Of a DNA stretch of 64,000 bases, positions 28,111 through 37,290 are shown piece after piece; positions within the stretch are counted from its first letter, which is position 1, and each line of letters starts with the position of its first letter. The translations under genes and the position numbers were made by a program. The DNA lies in NCBI GenBank assembly GCA_030605695.1, contig JAUWHX010000093.1:6681-70680 (forward strand), given 5' to 3'. A model generated the notes under the pieces. The model did no database searches, was not told where the DNA came from, and saw only the letters and a program-made list of their open reading frames with translations. The DNA comes from a bacterium (GTDB lineage Bacteria > Hydrothermota > UBA3073 > JACQXS01).

Positions 28111-29243
28111 AAGTCAAAGTCAAAGTTCTTCATTTCACTTATTGCTTCTTTGAGTCCATAGGAACTTTTTTGTATAATACTCTACGGAATCACCAAAAGT
28201 TTAAACCAGTCATAACAGCCCTCACCTTAAAACACCTCCTCCATTCTCCCAAGAGCAATATCTACAAGCTCGGAATATCTCTCCCAAGACCGGGAATGAG
28301 TTTCTTCTTACCCTACAGACTCGCAATGCTCTTATCATTAAGAAAGATTATTCTTCAAACGAAACCATCTGTCATTCACGCACATTATGGACCCTGGGGT
28401 TGCTTCATACTCCCTTTAAGGAAAATAACTTCCATTCCTCTCGTGGTAACATTCTACGGATATGACATCTCTTTGCCGAGTCGCAGAAAAGTATGGATAA
28501 AAAGGTATCGAAAGTTATTTAAACTCGCAGACCTCATCCTTGCAGAAGGACCATTTATGAAAGAATCTCTTATTCGCCTTGGTTGTCCACCACAAAAAAT
28601 TGCTATCCAAAAAATAGGCATAGACCTCTCACAACTCACAACTCAAGACTCACAACTCACAACCCCTAACATCACATTTGCTGGACACTTTGCTCCAAAA
28701 AAGGGAATTATGGATGCACTAAAATCCATAAATCTCTTAAGAAAGGAATTTACTGACTTCACTTTCACTCTTATAGGAGATGGACCCCTCTTGCCACAGG
28801 TAAAAGAGTTTATCTCCCATAATAAAATGAACTCATATACAAAACTTTTGGGGTCTCTGCCTTACGATGAATATATTGAGGAACTGAGAAAAGCCACTAT
28901 ATTCTTGCATCCATCACATACAGCACAGGATGGAGAAACAGAAGGAGGCGCTCCCACTACTATACTTGAAGCTCAGGCACTAAATATACCTGTCGTCTCA
29001 ACCACTCATGCAGATATACCAAACATAACTCTTCCACAAAAGAGTGCTCTCCTCTCCAATGAACACGATATAGAGGGACTTTATAATAGCTTAAAATTCT
29101 TGATAAGGAATCCCGAAAAAGCTCAGGAAATGGGAAAGCTTGGCAGAGATTATGTCTTTAAGAATCACCGCATAGAACTCACTATGCACGAACTTGAAGA
29201 AAAATACATCCGTTTATATTTGCATTGTCATGCTGAACCCTGA
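28107..29243 (+). CDS. Family 4 (GT-B) glycosyltransferase
   Basis: The EGGAPTTILEAQALNIPVVST motif is the canonical GT4 E-x7-E region. Overlaps the upstream stop by 4 nt. Confidence 0.75.
   Translation: MKVKVKVLHFTYCFFESIGTFLYNTLRNHQKFKPVITALTLKHLLHSPKSNIYKLGISLPRPGMSFFLPYRLAMLLSLRKIILQTKPSVIHAHYGPWGCFILPLRKITSIPLVVTFYGYDISLPSRRKVWIKRYRKLFKLADLILAEGPFMKESLIRLGCPPQKIAIQKIGIDLSQLTTQDSQLTTPNITFAGHFAPKKGIMDALKSINLLRKEFTDFTFTLIGDGPLLPQVKEFISHNKMNSYTKLLGSLPYDEYIEELRKATIFLHPSHTAQDGETEGGAPTTILEAQALNIPVVSTTHADIPNITLPQKSALLSNEHDIEGLYNSLKFLIRNPEKAQEMGKLGRDYVFKNHRIELTMHELEEKYIRLYLHCHAEP
28628..28669. repeat. (CTCACAA)-type heptanucleotide tract, in-frame in the GT4 gene
   Basis: Units ctcacaa ctcacaa ctcaaga ctcacaa ctcacaa cccctaa, encoding LSQLTTQDSQLTTPN between the two Rossmann halves. 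Confidence 0.85.
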
Positions 29244-29325
29244 AAGTGTCATTCTGAACTTGGTTCAGAATCCCTTCAGGACAGGCACGTTTCAGCATCT
29301 CTTTCATAATTATGTCCTGTTTCCT

Positions 29326-29430
29326 CTCGTGAAATACCTGTTTGTTCCCGACAAATACTTATTTACTCCCGATGAATACTTATTCATTCCCGACAAATAC
29401 CTCTCCGTTCCCGACAGAGAACTCTCTGAT
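29326..29430. repeat. Five phased 21-bp direct repeats (core CCCGACAAATAC) in a convergent intergenic region
   Basis: Units start at 29326, 29347, 29368, 29389 and 29410, exactly 21 bp apart: ctcgtgaaatac.., cccgacaaatac.., cccgatgaatac.., cccgacaaatac.., cccgacagagaac... Confidence 0.85.
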
Positions 29431-29446
29431 TCGTTCATAGAACTTC

Positions 29447-30463
29447 CTATCTCATTAAAATTATTTTCTTTGTTGCCTTGAAATTACTTGCTTCCACTCT
29501 CACAAAGTAGATACCTTTACTAAGCTTCTCAAGATTTATCTCAACATCCTGCTTCGTTGTTAAAACATGCTTTACTAACTTGCCTGATAGGTCATAAATC
29601 TTGATACTTGCTCCCTTGCTCGCTTGTTGAGGCAAAGCCGAAATCCCGATTTGTCGGGGATAGCTCGATAGCTTGATAACTGCCTTCCCAAACGATGGGT
29701 TCGGATATATCTCTAAACTAATGCCTATTGCCTTATGCCTATTGCCTGTCTCTTCCTCTACTCCTGTCTCAGAAACCCTTATAAGATAGACATCTTTCTT
29801 GCCAGCACCAAAAGAATATGTCCCTCCTGCAATTATAAAGCCACCACTTGCATACTCCTGAACAGAATAGCCACAATCCCAGGCAGTTCCTCCATAAGTT
29901 CTTGTCCACAGAGTATCACCATTTGCATTTGTCCTTATAAGATAGACATCATCAGAGCCAGCACCAAAAGACTTTGTATATCCTGCGATTATAAAGCCCC
30001 CGCCTGCACACTCCTGAACAGAAGAGCCACCATCAGAGTTAGTTCCGCCATAAGTTTTAGTCCACAGAGTATCTCCATCTGCGTTCGTTCTTATAAGATA
30101 GACATCATCAGAGCCAGCACCAAAAGACTCTGTATATCCTGCGATTATAAAACCCCTATCCGTACACTCTTGAACAGAATTGCCATCATCCCAGTAAGTT
30201 CCGCCATAAGTTTTAGTCCATAGAGTATCACCATTTGGCTCTATCCTTATAAGATAGACATCACTTCTGCTAGCACCAAAAGAAAATGTACATCCTGCAA
30301 TTATAAAGCCACTACCTGCACACTTCTGAACAGAACAGCCATGATCGTACTCGGTTCCGCCATAAGTTCTTGTCCACAGGGTATCAGGACCATCGGCAAT
30401 TGCAGGTGCGGACACAATAAATTGTGTCCCTACAAAAGCCCATACTCTCAAAAACTTACGCAT
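29447..30463 (-). CDS. T9SS cargo with about-45-aa tandem repeats ([11 protein letters not shown]...FIIAGYT.SFGAG.DDVYLIRT, x5)
   Basis: Signal peptide, five near-identical repeats, and an intact C-terminal sorting domain. Compared with its paralog at 63517, the sorting domain carries an extra YPRQIGISALPQQ encoded by the palindrome tcccgatttgtcggga (29649-29664). Confidence 0.7.
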   Translation of the reverse strand: MRKFLRVWAFVGTQFIVSAPAIADGPDTLWTRTYGGTEYDHGCSVQKCAGSGFIIAGCTFSFGASRSDVYLIRIEPNGDTLWTKTYGGTYWDDGNSVQECTDRGFIIAGYTESFGAGSDDVYLIRTNADGDTLWTKTYGGTNSDGGSSVQECAGGGFIIAGYTKSFGAGSDDVYLIRTNANGDTLWTRTYGGTAWDCGYSVQEYASGGFIIAGGTYSFGAGKKDVYLIRVSETGVEEETGNRHKAIGISLEIYPNPSFGKAVIKLSSYPRQIGISALPQQASKGASIKIYDLSGKLVKHVLTTKQDVEINLEKLSKGIYFVRVEASNFKATKKIILMR

Positions 30464-30636
30464 CTCTCTTCCTTTTTCACAAAAATACAGTCTCTCTCAA
30501 AGAAAACTCCCAAGTAGCGAGAGGGTTTATCCCCCGCCTTTCGTTGCCGAGGATGAACCTCGGGACGCTACCTTGCAATTCGTGCATTATTTCTTTGTTA
30601 AATCTTTATATACGCCAAACGGATAATATGGAATCA

Positions 30637-32112
30637 TTATCTCATTAAAACTATTTTCTTTGTCGCCTTGAAATCACCTACATCCACTCTCACAAAGTAA
30701 ATACCTTTAGTAAGTTCCTCAAGATTTATTTCAACATCGTGATTCATTGTTAAAATAGTCTTTACTAACTTGCCTGATATATCGTAAATCGTTAATCGCA
30801 AATCGTTAATCGTGTAATCGTCCCGATTTTCGTTTAACGAATAACGAATAACGATTTTTTTGCTACATGGATTCGGAAAAACTCTTAACTCTAAACTCTT
30901 AACTTTTAACTCTTCACTCTCCTCCACATTTGTATTCTCACATTTATGACGCTTGTAATATATCTCCGAGTTGCTAGCCCCATGCCGCCAATCCGTCCAA
31001 GCTATATGAACATCATAATCATAATCGCAATTCCAACATGCTACAGAAACGCGTTCAGACTTGCCGACAGAATTGGTTAACATCTCATCGGTTCCCCAAG
31101 TCTCACCATCATTGACTGACCGATTGTAATATATCTCATAGTCGCTATCCCGCTCATCTACCCAAACTACATGAACTGCTGAATCACAAACTGCTATAGA
31201 AGGATCCCCTGAGTAAGCAGAGTTAGTAGTTAATCTCCTATTATCTATCCCCCAAGTCTCTCCATTATCAACTGACCGATTGTAATATATTTCATAGTTG
31301 CTATCACGCCAATCATACCAAACTATATGGACTATTGAATCACAAACTGCTATAGAAGAACACCCTGAGTAAGCAGAGTTATCGGTTAGTCTCTTATTAT
31401 CTATCCCCCAAGTCTCTCCATTATCAACTGACCGATTGTAATATATCTCATAGTTGCCAGCACGCTCATCTATCCAAACTATATGGACTATTGAATCACA
31501 AACTGCTACCGAAGGATACCCTGCGGGAGCAGGGTCATTAGTTAGGCTCTTATCTATCCCCCAAGTTTCTCCATTATCAACTGACCGATTGTAATATATA
31601 TCAGCGTCGCCATCACGAAAATCATACCAAACTATATGAACTATTGAATCACAAACTGCTACCGAAGGACAAGATGAGTCAGCAGGGTCATCAGTTATCC
31701 TCTCATCTATCCCCCAAGTCCCACCATTATCAACTGACCGATTGTAATATATCTCCGTGTTGCCATCACGGTTATCATACCAAACTATATGAACCATCGA
31801 ATCACAAACTGCTACCGAAGGAAAATGAGAATCCCCTGTAGTTAGCCGTGTATCCGGGTCAAAGCTACTCCCAGAATTGATAGACCTTATATAATAAAGC
31901 TCGCCTGGATTATCACCCAATCTGTGCTCCCAAAAAATATGCACCATAGTATCCCGTACTGCTATTGCCCAAGCATTATTGTAGCCATCATAGTCAACAT
32001 GGCTTGGATAAACAGTTAATCTTTTATCTGGATTCTCCCACTGCCCATACAAATCCACAGGATTCTGCGAACTGCAAGCTCCCAACACCATCAAAAATCC
32101 CCATTTCTTCAT
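30637..32112 (-). CDS. BNR/Asp-box repeat T9SS cargo protein
   Basis: Repeated SVDNGETWG / SVNDGETWG Asp-box motifs (x6); C-terminal domain ..LRVFPNPCSKKIVIRYSL...[14 protein letters not shown]...GIYFVRVDVGDFKATKKIVLMR. Confidence 0.75.
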   Translation of the reverse strand: MKKWGFLMVLGACSSQNPVDLYGQWENPDKRLTVYPSHVDYDGYNNAWAIAVRDTMVHIFWEHRLGDNPGELYYIRSINSGSSFDPDTRLTTGDSHFPSVAVCDSMVHIVWYDNRDGNTEIYYNRSVDNGGTWGIDERITDDPADSSCPSVAVCDSIVHIVWYDFRDGDADIYYNRSVDNGETWGIDKSLTNDPAPAGYPSVAVCDSIVHIVWIDERAGNYEIYYNRSVDNGETWGIDNKRLTDNSAYSGCSSIAVCDSIVHIVWYDWRDSNYEIYYNRSVDNGETWGIDNRRLTTNSAYSGDPSIAVCDSAVHVVWVDERDSDYEIYYNRSVNDGETWGTDEMLTNSVGKSERVSVACWNCDYDYDVHIAWTDWRHGASNSEIYYKRHKCENTNVEESEELKVKSLELRVFPNPCSKKIVIRYSLNENRDDYTINDLRLTIYDISGKLVKTILTMNHDVEINLEELTKGIYFVRVDVGDFKATKKIVLMR

Positions 32113-32249
32113 CTTACACCTCCCTTTTCACAAATATACATACAGCTGTTCCCAAGAAAGTCAAGAAAAGACTTCTATCTTTGTGAACTTTGTGCCCTTT
32201 GTGGTCAAAATATCCCTATCTGTGAAAATCTGCGGTTCCAGTTTAATCT

Positions 32250-33269
32250 TTACCTTCGCAATCTCCTTAACCCTATCCCATAGACCACGCCTATTATCTG
32301 GAAATCGTCCTCAGAGGTAACTACTATTGGAGAATATTTGGAATTCTTGGACTTTAGAATTACATTATCCTTTCGTCTTGTAAATTCCTTTGTCATCGCT
32401 TCATTATTTAACCTACATACTACTATATCTCCTTTTTCTGCCTTTGTCTGCGCCTCAACTATCGCATAATCACCTGACAACAGTTCAGGACTCATAGAAT
32501 CCCCCTCAACTTGCACCCCAAATACTTCCTTGTCTTTTTTTATTAAAGCACCCTCAGGAACCCATACCCAGTCAATTACCTCATCCCCTCTTATCTCTAT
32601 TGGATGTCCGGCTGGAATACTTGCAATCACAGGAACTTTTGGCTTGAGTCTAATGAGGTCTAAAACCACTACCTCTTCTTTATCAGGAACTCTCCTTATC
32701 TTAAATTCACTCTCAATGAACTTCTCCAAAGCTTCAAGTTTCCGCTCAAGTTTCTTTATTCTCTCTTCCTCTGGAACTGCATCCTCTGGAATCCCACGCT
32801 TCCCAAAGACAAGAAAGTCAAAACTCACTCCAGCAATCTCAGCAAATTTAGATAAAATCTCCTGCTGAGGCTGAAGATCTCCTCTCTCATATCCTAAAAC
32901 CTGTGCTTCCTGAACTCCAAGTTTCTTGGCAAGCTCTCCACGCGATAACTTTAAGCCACTCTCTCTCAAATATTCAATCCTCTCCCCTATTGCCTTCAAA
33001 TCCATATGCTCAAATACTTTTCTTGAATAATTGCCGGGTGCTCTGCCTTTTCCATCCAATACCCAATCAATTGAACACTCGCCAAGCTCAGCTATCCTCA
33101 CTAATAACTTTCCCTTCGGAACTCTCCCTCTATCCCACATTGATACAGTATCTTGCGATACTCCAAGTAACCCACCAAACTTCTCACCAGTCAATCCCAA
33201 TATCCTTTTCCTTATGTAAGTTAACCTTCCTGAACACTTTGACAAATCTATTTCGTCATACTTTCCCAT
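32250..33269 (-). CDS. LexA-like repressor: two XRE-type HTH domains + coiled-coil linker + S24 (LexA/UmuD) self-cleaving peptidase domain
   Basis: HTH1 (LTGEKFGGLLGVSQDTVSMWDRG), HTH2 (LSRGELAKKLGVQEAQVLGYERG), and a C-terminal GDSMSPELLSGDYAIVE...K catalytic Ser/Lys dyad. Confidence 0.7.
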   Translation of the reverse strand: MGKYDEIDLSKCSGRLTYIRKRILGLTGEKFGGLLGVSQDTVSMWDRGRVPKGKLLVRIAELGECSIDWVLDGKGRAPGNYSRKVFEHMDLKAIGERIEYLRESGLKLSRGELAKKLGVQEAQVLGYERGDLQPQQEILSKFAEIAGVSFDFLVFGKRGIPEDAVPEEERIKKLERKLEALEKFIESEFKIRRVPDKEEVVVLDLIRLKPKVPVIASIPAGHPIEIRGDEVIDWVWVPEGALIKKDKEVFGVQVEGDSMSPELLSGDYAIVEAQTKAEKGDIVVCRLNNEAMTKEFTRRKDNVILKSKNSKYSPIVVTSEDDFQIIGVVYGIGLRRLRR

Positions 33270-33298
33270 CTTCCCTCCTTTTGAATTTTACGATTTTT

Positions 33299-33347
33299 AT
33301 AGTTTTTTTTACTTGATAAACTATATATTATACGAGGAAGTTGTCAA
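33299..33347 (-). promoter_or_regulatory. Sigma-70-like promoter for the LexA-like gene, with an overlapping palindromic candidate operator ATAGTTT-N12-AAACTAT
   Basis: On the minus strand: TTGACA-16-TATAGT. The perfect inverted repeat at 33299-33324 spans the -10/+1 region, and AGGAGGG lies before the ATG. Confidence 0.4.
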
Positions 33348-33513
33348 GGAAAAACTGATTTTTTAACACGAACCTCAAGATCCGTATGGACAAGATACGA
33401 ACTCGTTTATATACTTTTGAAAAGAATTTTGTTCGCGTGATGTTCGCAAAAGTTCGTGTCGCAGACTCTGTGAGATAAGTTCGTATTTATAAATTATAAG
33501 AGGCATTTGGTAT

Positions 33514-34968
33514 TTACAATTCTATTCTTTCTTTCTCAATCCGTGCTATCTCTTCTGGATTTATTCGTGTCGGATAATCTCCATTAAAACAGGCAGTGCA
33601 ATATGATGACGACTGCCGACCACTAATTCCCGACTGCGGGCTTGAAGGTTTAATTGCCCTCAACATCCCTTCAATTGATTGATACACAAGTTCATCTGCT
33701 CCTATTTCATTTTGTATTTCATTAACACGCTTGTTTCTTGCCATAAATTCTTGCCTCGTTTGCATATCAATTCCATAAAAACAGGGATGCTTTAAAGGTG
33801 CACTTGAACTCGCAAAATATATTGCTCTCGCCCCTGCTTTCCTTACAAGTGATATTATTGCACGAGAAGTAGAACCCCTTACAATTGAATCGTCCACAAG
33901 CAATACGCGCTTACCCTCTATCTCACACCTCACAGGATTAAGTTTATGTTGCACTATTTTTCTGCTATCACGCGGCATTATAAATGTCCGACCTATATAT
34001 CTATTTTTTATTAAACCTTCCCGATACGGAACTCCCAATGCCTGTGCCAGAGACAATGCTGTAGTCCTCGCTGTATCTGGAACGGGCATTACAACATCGG
34101 GCTTTATCCCACGAGCTTTTACTCTTCTTGCAAGTTCCTCTCCAAGTCTAAATCTCGCTTCATACACCCAAACTCCGTCTATTATTGAATCAGGGCGAGC
34201 AAAATAAATATACTCAAATATACAATGCCTCGGAGCTAATTTCTTAATCACTTTTGAGCTCACTTCTCTATTAAGATCTATAAATACTGCTTCTCCCGGC
34301 TCTACATCTCTCATCTCCCGATACCCAAGAGTATCTAATGCTACTGATTCACTCGCAAAACAAAAGTTCTTTCCTTTCCAACCAAACTTTAATGGCTTTA
34401 TACCATGAGGGTCCCTGAATGCCAAAAGCCCCTGCCCAGCTATAAAACACACACACGAATAACTCCCATTCACCATTTCCATTACTCTTTTAACTGCCTC
34501 AAATATCGTATTAACCCCATTTTGAAGCAACGAGGACTGTCTTGCTCTCCCAAGTTCAGACGCAAGTAAATTTAGAATTACCTCTACATCATTACTCGTA
34601 TTTATATGTCTCCGACGCTCACGAACCAACAATTCTTTTAGCTCCTGATAGTTTATTACATTTCCGTTATGTGCTATTGCTATTCCAAATGGCGAATTTG
34701 TATAAAAGGGCTGCGCATCTTCAGGGTCACCTCCACCAATCGTAGGATACCTCACATGACCAATTCCTATCTTGCCTTTTAATATATTCCAATCTTTGGA
34801 TGTGAAAAAACTTTGGACTGTTCCCTTACCCTTTCTTAAATGAAATCTCCTATCTTTGTAAGTTATTATTCCGGCTGTATCTTGCCCCCGATGCTGTAAG
34901 CTAATCAAACCAAGCCATAGCTCCGTAGCTACCTCTTTATTCCCATATATTCCAATTACTCCACACAT
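33514..34968 (-). CDS. purF: Amidophosphoribosyltransferase
   Basis: MCGVIGIYG N-terminal nucleophile, a PRPP-binding motif (VLLVDDSIVRGST), and C-terminal Cys ligands for an Fe-S cluster. Confidence 0.85.
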   Translation of the reverse strand: MCGVIGIYGNKEVATELWLGLISLQHRGQDTAGIITYKDRRFHLRKGKGTVQSFFTSKDWNILKGKIGIGHVRYPTIGGGDPEDAQPFYTNSPFGIAIAHNGNVINYQELKELLVRERRRHINTSNDVEVILNLLASELGRARQSSLLQNGVNTIFEAVKRVMEMVNGSYSCVCFIAGQGLLAFRDPHGIKPLKFGWKGKNFCFASESVALDTLGYREMRDVEPGEAVFIDLNREVSSKVIKKLAPRHCIFEYIYFARPDSIIDGVWVYEARFRLGEELARRVKARGIKPDVVMPVPDTARTTALSLAQALGVPYREGLIKNRYIGRTFIMPRDSRKIVQHKLNPVRCEIEGKRVLLVDDSIVRGSTSRAIISLVRKAGARAIYFASSSAPLKHPCFYGIDMQTRQEFMARNKRVNEIQNEIGADELVYQSIEGMLRAIKPSSPQSGISGRQSSSYCTACFNGDYPTRINPEEIARIEKERIEL

Positions 34969-35344
34969 TTATATTATTATATTTAGCTCTATTGTAATTG
35001 TCAAATTATTTCTTGTAGAACATTGAGACTTGTTGAACTCAGAAAAGTCTTCTATTTGAGCGATGTAGATGATTACATTTCTGTGTCTTTGTTTTTGAAA
35101 AATGTGAAAGGATAGACTTTTTACTTAAAAAAAACTTGACTTCTGGATATTTCAACATATTTTTAATCAAGTTTGATTAAAGAGTTGAAGTCAAGCAATT
35201 TTTTGGAGTATAAAAGGGTTTTTATATACTTTTTTACAACGATAATGCATGCCGAACTATTATCAAAAAGAGATGTCTAACAGTAAAGAAGGAAGATTTG
35301 AAGAGGAAAATAGGTTCCTCTCGCCTTATAGAAAAGGAGGTAAA

Positions 35345-35647
35345 ATGATGGGGGAAGAAGGAAAAAAGCTTGCTGGTCAGTCAGTAGTTTCCCTTACTTT
35401 AGGGATATTAGGAATTTGTTCATGGGTTGTTCCTTTTGCAGGATTTATTTTAGGTATCATAGCTATTGCCCTTGGGATTTCAGGAGAAAGTTTAATAAGG
35501 AAAAGTGGAGGAACACTTAAAGGAGAAGGGTTTGTTTGGACGGGCTTAATATTAGGTATTGTTAGTGTAGTCCTGGCTGTATTGGTGCTATGGGTAAGTG
35601 GCTCTATGCTCGGGTTTTTGCCACAGTGGAGACTCTTGCCGCACTAA
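35345..35647 (+). CDS. Small membrane protein (DUF4190-like, two TM hairpins)
   Basis: Start moved to the ATG with an ideal AAGGAGG-N5 spacing. Gly-rich transmembrane helices. Confidence 0.45.
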   Translation: MMGEEGKKLAGQSVVSLTLGILGICSWVVPFAGFILGIIAIALGISGESLIRKSGGTLKGEGFVWTGLILGIVSVVLAVLVLWVSGSMLGFLPQWRLLPH

Positions 35648-35773
35648 TTAATCCTGCGGGATAATATTATATGGTTGTGAAATTTGAGTTTTAATCTCCT
35701 CAAAACGATATACAACAGAGCTCTCGTTTAACATTTATTTTGTTGTGTTAAAGGGTAACAGAATATAAAGTTA

Positions 35774-37279
35774 TTAAACCTTATTTATTAGCAATTTAAG
35801 GGGTATAGCTATACTGAATAAAAAGAATATTCCAACACATAGCCAGGCGAACCAATCACCCCATCTCGCATAAAAGGTTAAATTTTTCCTCAGAGGTATA
35901 TCTCCTACAATTACTCTACGGGTAAAAATGCTTGTAGCAGATTTTACTTCTCCGCTTGGCTCAACAAAATACGAGATTCCTGTATTGCCACATCTTACAA
36001 GTGGGACACGATACTCTATTGCTCGCAATATTGCCTGTCGTGCATGTTGATAAGGACCCGCAGTGCGTCCAAACCAGCAATCATCTGTTATATTTACGAG
36101 AAACTGTGCCCCGTTACGCACGAACTTTCTTGAAGCTCTTGAGAAAATAGACTCAAAACAAATTAAAGGAGAAAATTTCGTGAGTCGTGAGTCGTGAGTC
36201 GTGAGTTGCGAGTTTTCAGAACTTACATTCAATTCAAAAACCTTGTACTCCTCACCTTGAGAGAAGTTGCCTTGACCGAATTGAAGCTTTTGTATAGTAG
36301 GAAATATTTTATCAAAAGGAAGACGTTCCGAAAAAGGGACTAAATAAATTTTATCATAAATTCTTTTAACTCCCTCACAAGGGACAATAAAAAAGCAAGA
36401 ATTATAGATTCTTGCGGGCTTTTTATCAAAATCAAGTCTTGCACCCCCCATCAATACAGGAATATTCAATGAATCCACGACTCCCACTACTCGTGATTCT
36501 AAATTGCCGAGATTAAAATACCCAGGTATCGCTGATTCTGGCCAAACAATCAAGTCGCAACTGCCTGCATTTTTACTTAGTTCGTAAAGTAGAGAAAGTC
36601 TATATTCAAGGTTGCTTCCTCTTTTTATTTCAGGAGCTACATTTGGTTGTATAACTCCGACTCTCACTTTTAACTTTTCACTTTTAACTTTTAACTTTTT
36701 CAATGCTATGGTTCCTTGAAGCCAGACACCCAAAACTATAATAATTGCTGTATAAATATATCGCAAGTTTCTCTTTCTCAACGTATAAAAGAGAAGTGTA
36801 TTTATGAGCATTATAAAAAATGTTATTCCCGAGACTCCCACAAATTCAGCAAGTTGAACAAATTTGAGATAAGGAATAACCGTATGTCCTATGCTTCCCC
36901 AGGAAAAGCCCATTTCAGGAGCCAAGCCACGAAGGAACTCAATAGATGTCCAGATAATTGGGATAAGAGGAAAGCATCTAATACGAGATGTAGCCCACAT
37001 AGATAGCCCAAACATCACTCCAAAATATATAAATAAAAGTAACGCCCCTAACCATAGCCATCCACGCACAGGGGCATCTACTGCAAGCACCCAATATATT
37101 AAGCCGGCACCGAAAGCAAATCCTGATATAAATCCATATTTAAGTGCGTGGTTAGATTTATAGCATGCAAAAAACAAGGGGATGAAACTAAAAAAAGCAA
37201 GCCAGGGAATCCAGTAAAAAGAAACAAGGAGTAAGCCAGCACTTGCCAAACTGAGTAATAATCCATTTCTATAATTCAT
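35774..37279 (-). CDS. lnt: Apolipoprotein N-acyltransferase
   Basis: N-terminal polytopic domain plus a C-terminal CN-hydrolase domain with catalytic E...K...C (..VWPESA.., ..LICFES..). Contains an in-frame heptamer-derived insert, FSENSQLTTHDSRLTKFSP. Confidence 0.8.
   Translation of the reverse strand: MNYRNGLLLSLASAGLLLVSFYWIPWLAFFSFIPLFFACYKSNHALKYGFISGFAFGAGLIYWVLAVDAPVRGWLWLGALLLFIYFGVMFGLSMWATSRIRCFPLIPIIWTSIEFLRGLAPEMGFSWGSIGHTVIPYLKFVQLAEFVGVSGITFFIMLINTLLFYTLRKRNLRYIYTAIIIVLGVWLQGTIALKKLKVKSEKLKVRVGVIQPNVAPEIKRGSNLEYRLSLLYELSKNAGSCDLIVWPESAIPGYFNLGNLESRVVGVVDSLNIPVLMGGARLDFDKKPARIYNSCFFIVPCEGVKRIYDKIYLVPFSERLPFDKIFPTIQKLQFGQGNFSQGEEYKVFELNVSSENSQLTTHDSRLTKFSPLICFESIFSRASRKFVRNGAQFLVNITDDCWFGRTAGPYQHARQAILRAIEYRVPLVRCGNTGISYFVEPSGEVKSATSIFTRRVIVGDIPLRKNLTFYARWGDWFAWLCVGIFFLFSIAIPLKLLINKV
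36181..36215. repeat. (TGAGTCG)3 + 2 variant units heptanucleotide tract inside lnt
   Basis: Direct reading gives tgagtcg x3, tgagttg, cgagttt. Confidence 0.85.
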
Positions 37280-37290
37280 CCTTTTTGAAT

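Noticed and set aside
29326-29430. Considered a CRISPR array because of regularly spaced direct repeats
   Set aside because: The units are contiguous 21-mers with no intervening unique spacers and no cas genes nearby. This is a tandem minisatellite or binding-site array, not CRISPR.
29194-29481. Small ORF encoding heptad repeats PDKYLF(T/I/V) as a real repeat protein
   Set aside because: It begins inside the GT4 gene in another frame and runs into the stop region of the convergent gene. Its periodicity is fully explained by the 21-bp DNA repeat.
30464-30636. tRNA- or tmRNA-like gene suggested by GGTTCATCC and nested stems
   Set aside because: The loop sizes and stem lengths do not fit a cloverleaf (a 5-nt loop where the 7-nt T-loop should be), and there is no acceptor stem or CCA context.
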